A DNA stretch of 63,830 nucleotides, counting the filler, from Octopus bimaculoides (taxonomy: Eukaryota): the NCBI RefSeq assembly GCF_001194135.2. It is 6 parts of 6 records of this genome, joined end to end, with 100 filler letters (N's around TTAATTAATTAA, not from the genome) between each part and the next. Parts side by side here need not be neighbours in the genome. Positions count along the whole stretch, not along the records: positions 36,512 to 56,933 come from NC_068993.1; 5 more parts are not named here. One strand, 5' to 3'. The position numbers and the translations under genes were made by a program. Below the pieces are notes generated by a model. It saw nothing but the letters and a program-made list of their open reading frames with translations. It did no database searches and was not told the origin of the DNA. Below are positions 39,504 to 50,959 of the stretch, piece by piece (position 1 is the first letter of the stretch; every line of letters starts with the position of its first letter).

Positions 39504-39840
39504 GAAATGGAAAAACTTTCAAAATACAAAGACCTGGAAATAGAGATAACTCGAATGTGGAATCTAAAAACAGAAACAATTCCTATCATAGTAGGTGCCT
39601 TAGGTATAATAAAAAAATATTCAGACAAATACATAACAAAAATACCAGGACTTACAAATATATATAACATACAGAAAATTGCACTACTGGGTACTGCACA
39701 CATTCTACGCAAAACACTTTCAATACAGTAAACATAAGAGCACCATAGCAAACCACAGCACATACCCAAGGCGCACAGAGCTGCGCTCAGTAGTGAAGTG
39801 AAAGCACGTTATAAAAATAAAACTACTGAACAATAATAAT
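39503..39840 (+). mobile_element. 3' end of an R4/Dong-type (restriction-like endonuclease) non-LTR retrotransposon in an (AAT)n array
   Basis: EKLSKYKDLEIEITRMWNLKTETIPIIVGALG...IQKIALLGTAHILRKTLS is the C-terminus of RLE elements; (AAT)n on both sides. Confidence 0.88.
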
Positions 39841-39850
39841 AATAATAATA

Positions 39851-40061
39851 GTTTCAAATTCTTCCACAAGTGCAGCCATTTTGGGGAGGGGATGAGTCGA
39901 TTACATCGATCCAAGTGTTTAACTGGTATTTAATTCATCAACTACAAAAGGATGAAATCAAAGTCGATCTCCGCGGAATTTCAATTCAGATTGTAACAAC
40001 GGACGGAATACTGCTAAGCATTTCGCTCGGTGACCTAACCATTCTGCCAGCTCACCGCTTT
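39851..40061 (-). mobile_element. SINE family A, diverged copy
   Basis: gagtcgattacatcgatcc ... aaagtcgatctccgcggaatttcaattcaga ... ctgccagctcaccgc. Confidence 0.7.
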
Positions 40062-40105
40062 TGTATAATAATAACAACGACAACAACAACAACAACAACA
40101 ACAAC

Positions 40106-40138
<33 letters not shown>

Positions 40139-40771
40139 AAATCTAATCGCGCAGACAAAATAATGAAGAATTTAGAGAAAAAAACACCTGCGTACTGATA
40201 GACATTGCAGTCCTTCTGAGCAAAATATTCCAAAAAGAAGCGGGAAAATTGTCAAAGTACAGAGAATGGGAAATTGAAGTATTCAATTGTAGGGCATGAA
40301 GGTGAAAACAATACCAGTTATAACTGGCGCATTAGGCGTGGTATAAAAAAAAACATATGAGCAAAAACTCAGAAGCTATACTTGGATTCTCAACACAACA
40401 CAGTATCCAAAACAATAGCCCACATCCTACGCAAGACACTATCAATTCGATAATACAACCTAAACAAAAACAATCCGCAAACACAAGACACACTCAATAC
40501 AGCAATAATCCGATACCATAAACTCCTACCAGCAAGTCGAATAACCAACACATTATACACTCAATACACAATGCAAGCAGTAATGCAACAAAAGACTGCA
40601 CCGCACTTCAAAAGAAAAAAATAATGATGCAATACAATACCGGGGAGAATTTTCACGCTCCCAACAACAGAAAAGAACACACAATGCTGCACACACCCAC
40701 CCCAGCAGGTACAGCAGGTGATGCAGCAGAAATTTTCCTAAAACTACCAAATGTGGATCAACAGCAACAAC

Positions 40772-40853
<82 letters not shown>

Positions 40854-41571
40854 TTTTTTTATTATACCTAAGGCACCTACTATGATAGGAATTGTTTCTG
40901 TTTNNNNNNNNNNNNNNNNNNNNNNNNNNNNNNNNNNNNNNNNNNNNNNNNNNNNNNNNNNNNNNNNNNNNNNNNNNNNNNNNNNNNNNNNNNNNNNNNN
41001 NNNNNNNNNNNNNNNNNNNNNNNNNNNNNNNNNNNNNNNNNNNNNNNNNNNNNNNNNNNNNNNNNNNNNNNNNNNNNNNNNNNNNNNNNNNNNNNNNNNN
41101 NNNNNNNNNNNNNNNNNNNNNNNNNNNNNNNNNNNNNNNNNNNNNNNNNNNNNNNNNNNNNNNNNNNNNNNNNNNNNNNNNNNNNNNNNNNNNNNNNNNN
41201 NNNNNNNNNNNNNNNNNNNNNNNNNNNNNNNNNNNNNNNNNNNNNNNNNNNNNNNNNNNNNNNNNNNNNNNNNNNNNNNNNNNNNNNNNNNNNNNNNNNN
41301 NNNNNNNNNNNNNNNNNNNNNNNNNNNNNNNNNNNNNNNNNNNNNNNNNNNNNNNNNNNNNNNNNNNNNNNNNNNNNNNNNNNNNNNNNNNNNNNNNNNN
41401 NNNNNNNNNNNNNNNNNNNNNNNNNNNNNNNNNNNNNNNNNNNNNNNNNNNNNNNNNNNNNNNNNNNNNNNNNNNNNNNNNNNNNNNNNNNNNNNNNNNN
41501 NNNNNNNNNNNNNNNNNNNNNNNNNNNNNNNNNNNNNNNNNNNNNNNNNNNNNNNNNNNNNNNNNNNNNNN

Positions 41572-41623
<52 letters not shown>

Positions 41624-42165
41624 GACAAGACGAAGAGCGCGATGTGATTACAATAGATATTTTATTCGTTGAACGATATTGCGACAGCAAGCCTGTCTTT
41701 GTAGAGTTCAAAATGAAAAGTGATAAAAATTCAAAATTATAGAAATTCAAATCTAAAATATGAACTGTGAAAAGAGTGTCTGTCATTCCAGTAGTTGTAG
41801 GAGTACTTGGAGCACTAACAACCAAGTTCGAGAAATGTATTTTAAAAAATCGGAATTGACATGAGAGCAGAGCAAGCCCAAAACACTGCTCTGCTGAGGA
41901 CAGCATATTTTGGGATTGGTTCTTGGATGTTCAATGTCTCCAACGATAATTAACAACCAAATATCAAAGATTATAATGTGCGGAAAGATACCGTGTGCGA
42001 CTGCTGACAGCAGGCTACTCTCCGCTCTCACAAAATCTACCAGAGCAAACAGGATCGAGCGCTCTGGGAAGTAAAACAACAACAACAATAATAATAATTA
42101 TAATAATAATTATTATAATAATAATAATAATAATAGTAATAATAATGATAATAATAATGATAATA

Positions 42166-42252
42166 ATGTCCCAGTTATAAGCTACAGCTACAACATGTCC
42201 CAGTTATAAGCTACAGCTACAACATGTCCCAGTTATAAGCTACAGCTACAAC
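42166..42252 (+). repeat. 29-bp tandem repeat, 3 perfect copies
   Basis: (ATGTCCCAGTTATAAGCTACAGCTACAAC)x3. Confidence 0.95.
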
Positions 42253-42299
42253 ATCCTTAACTGAACACTAAACGAACTATGTAAAATAGACAGGAAAAC

Positions 42300-43262
42300 A
42301 AGAAGAATAATGACAGGATATAGGATGCACCACCCAAAATCTGACATAGAAAGGCTATATATACAAGGCACAGAAGGTAGCAGGGGTCTTATACAGCTAG
42401 AAAACTATTATAAAATAACCACCATAGGACTGCAAAAATGCCTNNNNNNNNNNNNNNNNNNNNNNNNNNNNNNNNNNNNNNNNNNNNNNNNNNNNNNNNN
42501 NNNNNNNNNNNNNNNNNNNNNNNNNNNNNNNNNNNNNNNNNNNNNNNNNNNNNNNNNNNNNNNNNNNNNNNNNNNNNNNNNNNNNNNNNNNNNNNNNNNN
42601 NNNNNNNNNNNNNNNNNNNNNNNNNNNNNNNNNNNNNNNNNNNNNNNNNNNNNNNNNNNNNNNNNNNNNNNNNNNNNNNNNNNNNNNNNNNNNNNNNNNN
42701 NNNNNNNNNNNNNNNNNNNNNNNNNNNNNNNNNNNNNNNNNNNNNNNNNNNNNNNNNNNNNNNNNNNNNNNNNNNNNNNNNNNNNNNNNNNNNNNNNNNN
42801 NNNNNNNNNNNNNNNNNNNNNNNNNNNNNNNNNNNNNNNNNNNNNNNNNNNNNNNNNNNNNNNNNNNNNNNNNNNNNNNNNNNNNNNNNNNNNNNNNNNN
42901 NNNNNNNNNNNNNNNNNNNNNNNNNNNNAATGGAAAAACTTTCAAAATACAAAGACCTGGAAATAGAGATAACTCGAATGTGGAATCTAAAAACAGAAAC
43001 AATTCCTATCATAGTAGGTGCCTTAGGTATAATAAAAAAATATTCAGACAAATACATAACAAAAACACCAGGACTTACAAATATATATAACATACAGAAA
43101 ATTGCACTACTGGGTACTGCACACATTCTACGCAAAACACTTTCAATACAGTAAACATAAGAGCACCACAGCAAACCACAGCACATACCCAAGGCGCACA
43201 GAGCTGCGCTCGGTAGTGAAGTGAAAGCACGTTATAAAAATAAAACTACTGAATAATAATAA
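42300..43262 (+). mobile_element. R4/Dong-type LINE, 3' portion with gap
   Basis: HHPKSDIERLYIQ...GSRGLIQLE before the gap; after the gap, a 3' end nearly identical to 39506-39835; (AAT)n tail. Confidence 0.88.
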
Positions 43263-43279
43263 TAGTAATTTATTTGTTG

Positions 43280-44300
43280 TCTTCATACTGCCACTAACAA
43301 GCGTTTTAAGAAAGATACGTGTGGGTTACATGCTAGACAGGGTGAAAATAAACAACCTGTGGTTTATAGATGACCTAAAGCCATTCGCTAAGACAGAATG
43401 AAATTGAGAGTTTTACGGCAACTGTTCAGATGATTAGCAAAGATATGGAATTTGGGATCGAGAAATGTGGTGTAATGATTCTCAAAAGGGAGAACATCAG
43501 TAAAAGCCATGGGATCAAGCTGGAAAGGGGTGAAACTATAAAGAAGTCGAAGAGGAAGGATATAAGTACTTAGGTATCATTGAAAGAGATAAATGAATGA
43601 ACACAAGACAAAAGAAATGTACAGAAAAGCGTATTTGAAGAGAACTCGGCTTGTTCTCCAATCGAAGCTAAATGGCTGCTATAAGATTAGAGTAATTAAC
43701 AAGTAGGCAGTTGTTTTGATGAGATATGGAGCAGGAATAGTATCTTGGAAGAAGCACGAATTACATGATAACATGTAAATTAATGACAAGGATCTACACC
43801 CCAAGTGTGATGTGTTAAGATTGTATGTAAAGAGGAAAGAAGGAAGACGGAGATTGGTATGTTGTGAAGGTCGTGTAAGGAAAGAGGAGAATAACCTGGC
43901 TTGGTATGTCAAGGAGAGTAAAGAAGAAATGATTGAAGCAGTGAAAATGCAGGGAACCTTAAAAGTCAACGAAGCCGTAGATCCAACACAGTTTAAGAAA
44001 GACCAGGGAGAACAGATGAAGAAAATGCAATCAGTTCTTGAAGAATAAAGATAAAATTGATTGGAATAGAACCTGGCAATGACTGCAGAAAGGAGACTTA
44101 AAAGGGCCCACTGAGGCATAAGTGTGAAGCGCTCAAGAACAAACTCTCAGAACAAACTACTCCAAATATCACATTGATAAAAGCATTGACGCGCTGCAGT
44201 GTAAGATGTGCTCTGAGAAGGGAGAAAGTATAAGCCATATTGTTAGTGAGTGCTGTAAGCTCGCACAGCGCGAATACAAAAGGAGACGCGAATACAAAAA
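43280..44300 (+). mobile_element. Older degraded R4/Dong-type LINE fragment
   Basis: Broken frames FIDDLKP, MEFGIEKCG, YKYLG, HPKCDVLRLYVKRKEGRRRL, and a CCHC-like C..CSEKGESISHIVSEC..LAQ. Confidence 0.7.
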
Positions 44301-44399
44301 GGCGGACGAATAGATAGAATTTCGCATTTATTTGTTTGAAATAATCCGATGCAATTTTTGACTTGGACGAGTCTACACACATGCACATGTGCCCATTAT

Positions 44400-45760
44400 A
44401 TTTAATTTTAAAATTTGAAGAATTAAAAACTGTAACTTTAAAATTTGGAGAATTAAAAATTGTAAGCTAGCAATCAAAAGATCAACAATTTCTATGTTAA
44501 TTCCAGCAGACTTTAAACAGATGGTGGATGAGGACAAAATTATTGATAATTCAAATGATTTCTTCTAAATCACTGAGGAGAATTTTTTTTTTTTCTGCTT
44601 AGATTTGTCTGGATCATCTCTTAGCGAAGAAGAAACAATGGAAGTAGAATCTTCTGGCATCAGTATTTAAAAAATTAACCGGTAATAATTAACGCAGCCT
44701 ATTCTTTTGCACAAACCAAAAGTAGTGCAATATTTTATCAGAAAGTTAGTCAACACCTCAGCGTCACCAGTTGTTCTCCCAAATTTTGTGAGCTCACGTC
44801 AGATGAAATTTTTTTTCCAGCTTTTCTTCTTTCAGTTTTATTCTGCCTTCTCCATTGTTGCATAGATTCAACCTCTTTCCTACAAGCCACCGTCGAGTTG
44901 ATAAGAGACAGTGTGCTCTTCTCCGCTTCTCAATCAAGTTATTTGTGTCTTCTTCGTTCACCTTCAACTACAGGTTCTGTCTTAACCATTTCAAAGTCCA
45001 TTGAAGAGACATCAAGGCAAAACAAAAAAACTCTCCAAGTAGAGGTCAAATACTTAAAAAAAGCACCATGATTTCATTATTAAAAGTAGGATATCTACAA
45101 TGGTGAAATGGCAACACCAGAAGAGTTTTAATGTCAAATGCCAAGCGAAATAACTTATATACAAGTTTTGAATAAATATTTTGTATATACTTTTTTTCAA
45201 AACTTGTTATCATTTGTGGATCAGTGGATTGTAATAGGGAAAAGGCAGGAAATGGGTTTTGATAAAAGCAAGTTACGCCAAAATTTGGTTCATGAAGTTA
45301 GGAGAATTTGGTCCAAGAGGTTAGCGTGTCGTTGAGGATGTTTTTGGATATTCTGAGGATCTTTTAATAATGCTTCAGGAACGGTTTCAACTGCAAATTT
45401 CTTGAAGCATTAGCGCAAGGTCTTCCAAGGCAATTCTTTTTTAAAAAATAGTTAGTGTCATTGTAAATGAAAACCTGGTCAAAACAGAAATTGCACCCCA
45501 TCACTTAGTATATTTCTGCAGTGACTTCGTCTGATTTACCAACTGCGTCATATCTCACGGCGCTCTCAATGCACGAGCGATTTTTATATCATTTGAAAGA
45601 AGCTTTTGCTGGCTTTCATATCTGCAAGTTTAACTTCGCTAACAGTACAGGTTCTAGGAACATATTTCTCAAGCTACTTGGAAAACTACCCGGCATTGTC
45701 ATTATTCATTGACTCACAAGCAAATTGTTTTCCGTTTTGTTGAGCCGTGCTAGTAAAATA
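44400..45760 (-). mobile_element. Highly degraded pogo/Tigger-like DNA transposon (tentative)
   Basis: Minus-strand remnant MKASKSFF followed by a GxSxSA-like segment, similar to the CENP-B-type HTH FKASKGWF...GESASAD; many stops. Confidence 0.4.
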
Positions 45761-45885
45761 TAAAATATTTTTTTCCCAAATACGGAGACACATACATACA
45801 ATTACTCACAAGGAAACACATGCATGAATTTAAGGAATTTTTGTAAAAGATTATTCAGAGCTAGTCTTCTTTTACTTTATTTCAG

Positions 45886-46030
45886 ATCTAATATCCGGTG
45901 AAAGCTGCTTCAACAATGTGCCGAATGAACCAACTACTTTTGGATCACTAACCAACGAAATAAATTCCTTGGTACCGAAGCTTATAAAAAAGGAAATAAA
46001 TGAAGATTACTACTTTGAACAAATCTGTCC
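45886..46030 (+). CDS. Internal exon B of the same protein
   Basis: Acceptor tttactttatttcag|AT and donor TGT CC|gtacgt; 145 nt, phase 1 to phase 2, matching both neighbours. Encodes (D)LISGESCFNNVPNEPTTFGSLTNEINSLVPKLIKKEINEDYYFEQIC(P). Confidence 0.8.
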
Positions 46031-46218
46031 GTACGTAGAGAAAACTTATTTCATTCGCTGGATTATCATTTAGTGATGATTAGCAGACAGGATCGATTGT
46101 CACCATAATTTAGGTTCATCCCTTATCGTCATGCATTCAAATCACACCAGGTTTTACTTTAATCTCTCCTTTAGGTACAATATATATACATATGTATGTT
46201 ATCCACCACACACGAGCG

Positions 46219-46278
<60 letters not shown>

Positions 46279-46552
46279 CCAAGAAGGTTAGGGGTTGTGA
46301 ATCCAACCCACTAAGGGATAATATCTATCCAATATACTACCGGAAGGATACCCAATTATTATTACACTAGTGTTTTTACCAAGTGCAATAAATGGGTGCG
46401 GGTAAAAGGATATTTTACTCTTAATTTATATAGCAATAAGAAAATAAATAAAAGAAAAGAATAAAAGAAATACACTTGTACGGACACATAGATCATCCAA
46501 CCCTCCTGTACAAAAGGTGTAACATGTTGCTGGTCAAAACAATATTAAAATA

Positions 46553-47160
46553 TTAAATTCAACTTACGATGAAAGTAAACAAACAAAGTTTGTTTTAGAA
46601 GCGTTGAGATGGATTGAAAGATGCAGGAATAATTTTTTTTTATTCTCAAACCCGTGATGATGCTAATAAATAGCATGATCAGGATAAATTATCCAGACAT
46701 TGCAGAAAAATACGTTACCAGCCAGTCTCATGGCTGGCTGGCTGGTAACGTATTTTGATAGCAGCAGCCAATAACCACATAGTGTGTGCCGCGAGACACT
46801 AGAATATATTCTGGCTTTTCTTAACATGAAACCAATGGTAACCTTGATTCATATATATACCAACCATATTCGACACTTCCAAAGTTTGTTTGTAAAATGC
46901 TGTGGCATTCGGAAGCTATAAATTAGCATTAAAATTGAGAGCTACTGTCGTCAGGGGCTGTTTCGTGTACGGGTAAGCGCACTCAGCCGGTATCTGAGTG
47001 CGGTTTCGATTCCCGTAGAAGTCAGCTGGCAATTTTCTTTTACTGTTTTATAGGTGAGGTAAATACACAATCTATCTCTGCTGTCCTCACTGCGTTCCAA
47101 ATTTACTTTCTTGTCTGCAAAACACGAATCACATTCAACGGTTCCAAAGTTTGTTTATCG
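46553..47160. mobile_element. Second member of the fold-back family at 25637, with a different tRNA-like insert
   Basis: Left arm ttcaacttacgatgaaagtaaacaaacaaagtttgttttagaagcgttgagatggattgaaagatgc matches the 25637 arms. gcggtttcgattcccg at about 47000; partial right arm tcaacggttccaaagtttgttt. Confidence 0.55.
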
Positions 47161-47184
47161 TACACACACACATATATATATAAG

Positions 47185-47570
47185 AGTGGAGGCGCAATAG
47201 CCCAGTGGTTAGGGCAGCGGACTCGCGGTCATAGGATTGCGGTTTCGATTCCCAGACCGGGCATTGTGAGTGTTTATTGAGCGAAAACACCTAAAGCTCC
47301 ACAAGGCTCCGGCAGGGTATGGTGGTGAACCCTGCTGTACTCTTTCACCACAACTTTCTCTCACTCTTTCTTCCTGTTTCTGTTTTATCTGTATTTTAAA
47401 GGGCCAGCCTTGTCACACTGTGTCACGCTGAATATCCCCGAGAACTACGTTAAGGGTACACGTGTCTGAGGAGTGCTCAACCACTTGCACGTTAATTTCA
47501 CGAGCAGGCTGTTCCGTTGATTGGATCAGCTGGAACCCTCGACGTCGTAAGCGACGGAATGCTAACAACA
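47185..47570 (+). mobile_element. Full-length tRNA(Arg)-derived SINE (OR-type) with target-site duplication
   Basis: Head ggaggcgcaatagcccagtggttagggcagcggactcgcggtc...ggtttcgattccc has A and B boxes and a CTCGCGG loop; flanked by atatatataag on both sides. Confidence 0.85.
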
Positions 47571-47909
47571 ATATATATAAGGATGGATTATGAGGCAGAC
47601 ATGCTTTTCCCAACAAATCTTCCTTACTGGAGTGACCAATTTCAACTGAAATATTGAAAGAAGGTCACTGTTTCATTTTGCTGTGTTCCATTCATTACAA
47701 TAAACCCTCACAAATACCAAACGTACATTATAATTTGATAATTCTATTATAAATTTCTAATTTTATTCTAAACATGAAATATTTTATTTTTCTTACCTTT
47801 GCATCAAGCTTATTGTATTAAGATTACATGCTTTTATTGTTTTGTGTCTTTTCTTGTTTAGAAAAAATCAATGAAAATTGAGAATGTCATCAAATTTTTT
47901 TATGTACAG

Positions 47910-48102
47910 ATTATTGAAAAAAGGAATGGACCAAACAATTGCCGGCATGAAATGTCCAGAAAAAACTGAGAAGGTATTGAGTGATTATTTCAGTGCTATT
48001 ATGTCTGACGAGTGTCAACGAGTGAACTTAAGTGTACAAACCGTTTCAAATGTTTACTTCATTTCATTATTAATTCTTATCACTCTTTTCCTTATTGGTT
48101 AA
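47910..48102 (+). CDS. Terminal exon C of the same protein, with hydrophobic GPI-signal-like tail
   Basis: Acceptor tttttttatgtacag|A in phase 2. Encodes LLKKGMDQTIAGMKCPEKTEKVLSDYFSAIMSDECQRVNLSVQTVSNVYFISLLILITLFLIG*, ending in a hydrophobic stretch with no cytoplasmic tail. Confidence 0.8.
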
Positions 48103-49381
48103 AAACTATATTATATAACAACATTTATCTTCATCATGAGTTGCCTTATTATAATTAAAATAACAGTCTTTTACTGAGGTCGATTTAATCAACATTCCCA
48201 CAAACTTAAAGCATTGTGCTAATCAAATTTAATAAGAATTTATAGCAGGAGGATGGTGGATTGGCGGGCAGAAATAGTACAGAAAGCGATTTCGTCACAT
48301 ACCACTATGTTCCGAGTTCAAATCCTAACACTCTAGTTTATTTTGCTTTTTTATATTTGGAGATCGATATAAGAGAATCGGTTTAAGTGAGCGAAGAAAA
48401 GAATTGCGATTCATGTTAATATAATAAATATCATCAAAATATTGTTTTGTTATTGTTTTTACTGTTTGGTTTTAAAGCATGTATTCCATGTAAATTGCCT
48501 TTGTAGGTCTGAAAGAAGCAACTGCGTTCATAACCACGAAGTACTAGAAAAAATAGATGTATCTATAGCTTTTGTAAGTCTAGAAGAGTCACTATGCCCT
48601 TAACCTACGTTGGTCTGCAAGAAGATACTGGATTCACCGCTTCCCTAGATCAGTAGGAAGTGTCCATAGTTTTCAGACATCTCGAAGAAGTGGCTGTCAC
48701 TATGACTTTTATGCATGCGAAAGAATCTCTGACCATGACCTTTGTCATTGAGTGAAAAAAGAACCTGAGACAGAGTGGGTCGAGGTATCAGGGAGCATTA
48801 TAGTAGCAGTACATTCAACGATGTGAGAAATCAGAGTTTCTGTAGGTCAGAGCTTATGATATGTTGGTGAAGGACTCAATTAAGTGTCTGCTGGCACAAT
48901 CGTTACTGCGCCGGAAAAAATGTTGAGCAGTATTTCTTCTGACTTTACATTTTAACATCAAATGCTGCCAGATCGATTTTGCCAGTCGTCCCCACGCGAT
49001 TGATAAAATACTAGCCGAGCACTGGGAGCACTGGGATCGATGTAATCAACTCACCCCATTCTCCAAAAATGCTGGCTTTGCGCCAAAATTTGATACTATT
49101 ATTTGGAAATGTGTGTGGCGACGAGCTAGCACAATCCATTGCACGCCTGATGAAATGCTTAGTGGAAGTTCTTCCGGCTTTACTTTCTGAGTTCCAAGGT
49201 CGACTTTGCCTTTCGTTTTTTCTGAATCGATAAATTAAGTACCATTTGAGCACTGCGGTCGGAGTAATCGACATGCCCTTCTTATAAATGCCAGTAGCCG
49301 AAATAATTATTTTGGAAGGTGTCATCATCGTCGCTGTGGTTATCGGCATTATCAAGAAGATACAGACAATGATAATGATGG

Positions 49382-49451
49382 TGAAGAAGAAGAAGAAGAA
49401 GAAGAAGAAGAAGAAGAAGAAGAAGAAGAAGAAGAAGAAGAAGAAGAAGAA
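49382..49451 (+). repeat. (GAA)n microsatellite; one of very many (AT)n, (AC)n, (AG)n, (AAT)n, (GGT)n and (CTA)n arrays
   Basis: Direct reading; it produces the poly-K and poly-F pseudo-ORFs in the track. Confidence 0.95.
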
Positions 49452-50720
49452 AACACGGTCAAACGAACGAGACACCTAAGTTAACATCTGTTAGAAGCTG
49501 AAATATTCACTAAACATGAAGAAAAAGGCAGATAAATTTGTGATGTAGAAGAATAAAACTATTGCAGGAGATAGAGCTGAATCTAAAATTGGAATTGTTT
49601 CTGTGTATTTGAGAAAGTGTTCTATTAATAGACAAAGGGCTTTCAATTCAGGACACAAGCTCCATAGACAGGTGGATTTGTTAGAGCATTAACATGCCAG
49701 ACATGGTCAAATTTTTTGTTGACTTCACATGTAATACTGTTTGTACCAAATTTCTAAGGAGCGAGGACCACTGTTGAATGGCATATGAGAGAAGTTCACC
49801 ATTATATCTGGTTTTAGGAAAACTGTGCTGGTTGGCACGGAATCAGAGTGAGGAAATAGATACAAAGAACCTGTGAAAGTGGTTCTTAGTGACATTTTTT
49901 CCTCAACATCATTGCTGAAAAGTAAGAGCCCTAAGTTAGTAATCTCTTAGATCACAGTGGTTACTTTTCTGGTGAATGGGATTAGGGTTAGGGTTAGGAA
50001 ATATGTTTCCAAAGATCAGAATAGATTCCCGTGGAGACAGAGAAAGAAAAGGGACAATTCTACCTCTGTATCTCCTCCTTATCTAAGAAGGACATAGAGG
50101 AAAGAATTCAAAAGATACTGGGGCGAAACCTTGAGAAAAAGAGCGTGAAAGAAGCAAAAGGAAAGACAACAATTGACATTGGGCAATCTGGTTGCCAACT
50201 CTCTGAGATACCTGGTGCATTTCAGAGACATCCAACTAAACATAGGCTGTCTTGTCACAACATTTCTGCTCCTCCAAACACTCCACCCATTCATCCAATA
50301 TCTTTTGATCTTTGGCTTAACCTCCAACATTGATTTTCGCGCCTTTGGCTTCCAGAGGGAAGAAGAGATTATCATCTTTCCAAAACTTTACACGCCATTT
50401 TATTCAAATGTTTATCATCTCTTTACCCAATCTGCACGTCCGTCTCAACACCTACCTCTCTTTTCATCCCTTCATTGCTGCCCGAACCATACAGACACCC
50501 TCATAGCACACCTACACGCCATTAATTCTCTACCATCTATAAGCTACCAACCCTCACACATCCTTCACGTATCCTAACTCAGCATCCACACACACACACT
50601 TTCCTTCAACCATTCCTTCCCCATTCACACAGCACAGACACACTTATGCAGCATACACGCACACATACACACATACTCACATTCTCGCATCCTTTTCCAC
50701 TTAATATTTTATCAACTTAC

Positions 50721-50912
50721 CTCACAGATCTGAATTTTGACTGACAGCAACGGGTGAATGCTACTCTGTTCCGAGTAGAGACATGAGGATTTGCAGCAGC
50801 ACTTTGCTTTACTGTCTCTGGTGGATAAAGTGTCAATTGATGGTAGACTTTAGTGCCTATCTCGACGGCCCGCAAAAGATGCCCTGATTTTGTGAAAGAC
50901 TTATACAAACAG
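50721..50912 (-). CDS. Orphan internal exon (192 nt, phase 2-2); possibly the NOS autoinhibitory-insert exon
   Basis: Strong sites: ctctctttattttag|C ... GTG AG|gtaagt. Only one frame is open: CLYKSFTKSGHLLRAVEIGTKVYHQLTLYPPETVKQSAAANPHVSTRNRVAFTRCCQSKFRSV(R). Exon status is likely; gene identity is uncertain. Confidence 0.55.
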
Positions 50913-50959
50913 CTAAAATAAAGAGAGCGTTAAGTGATTGCACAAGATGAAAATCGCCC

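Noticed and set aside
47185-47260. tRNA-Arg-like sequence as a genuine tRNA gene
   Set aside because: It is the head of a SINE, with body, tail and TSD, and the cloverleaf is imperfect.
49978-49999. TTAGGG telomere-like units
   Set aside because: Only two to three units; not meaningful as an interstitial telomere.
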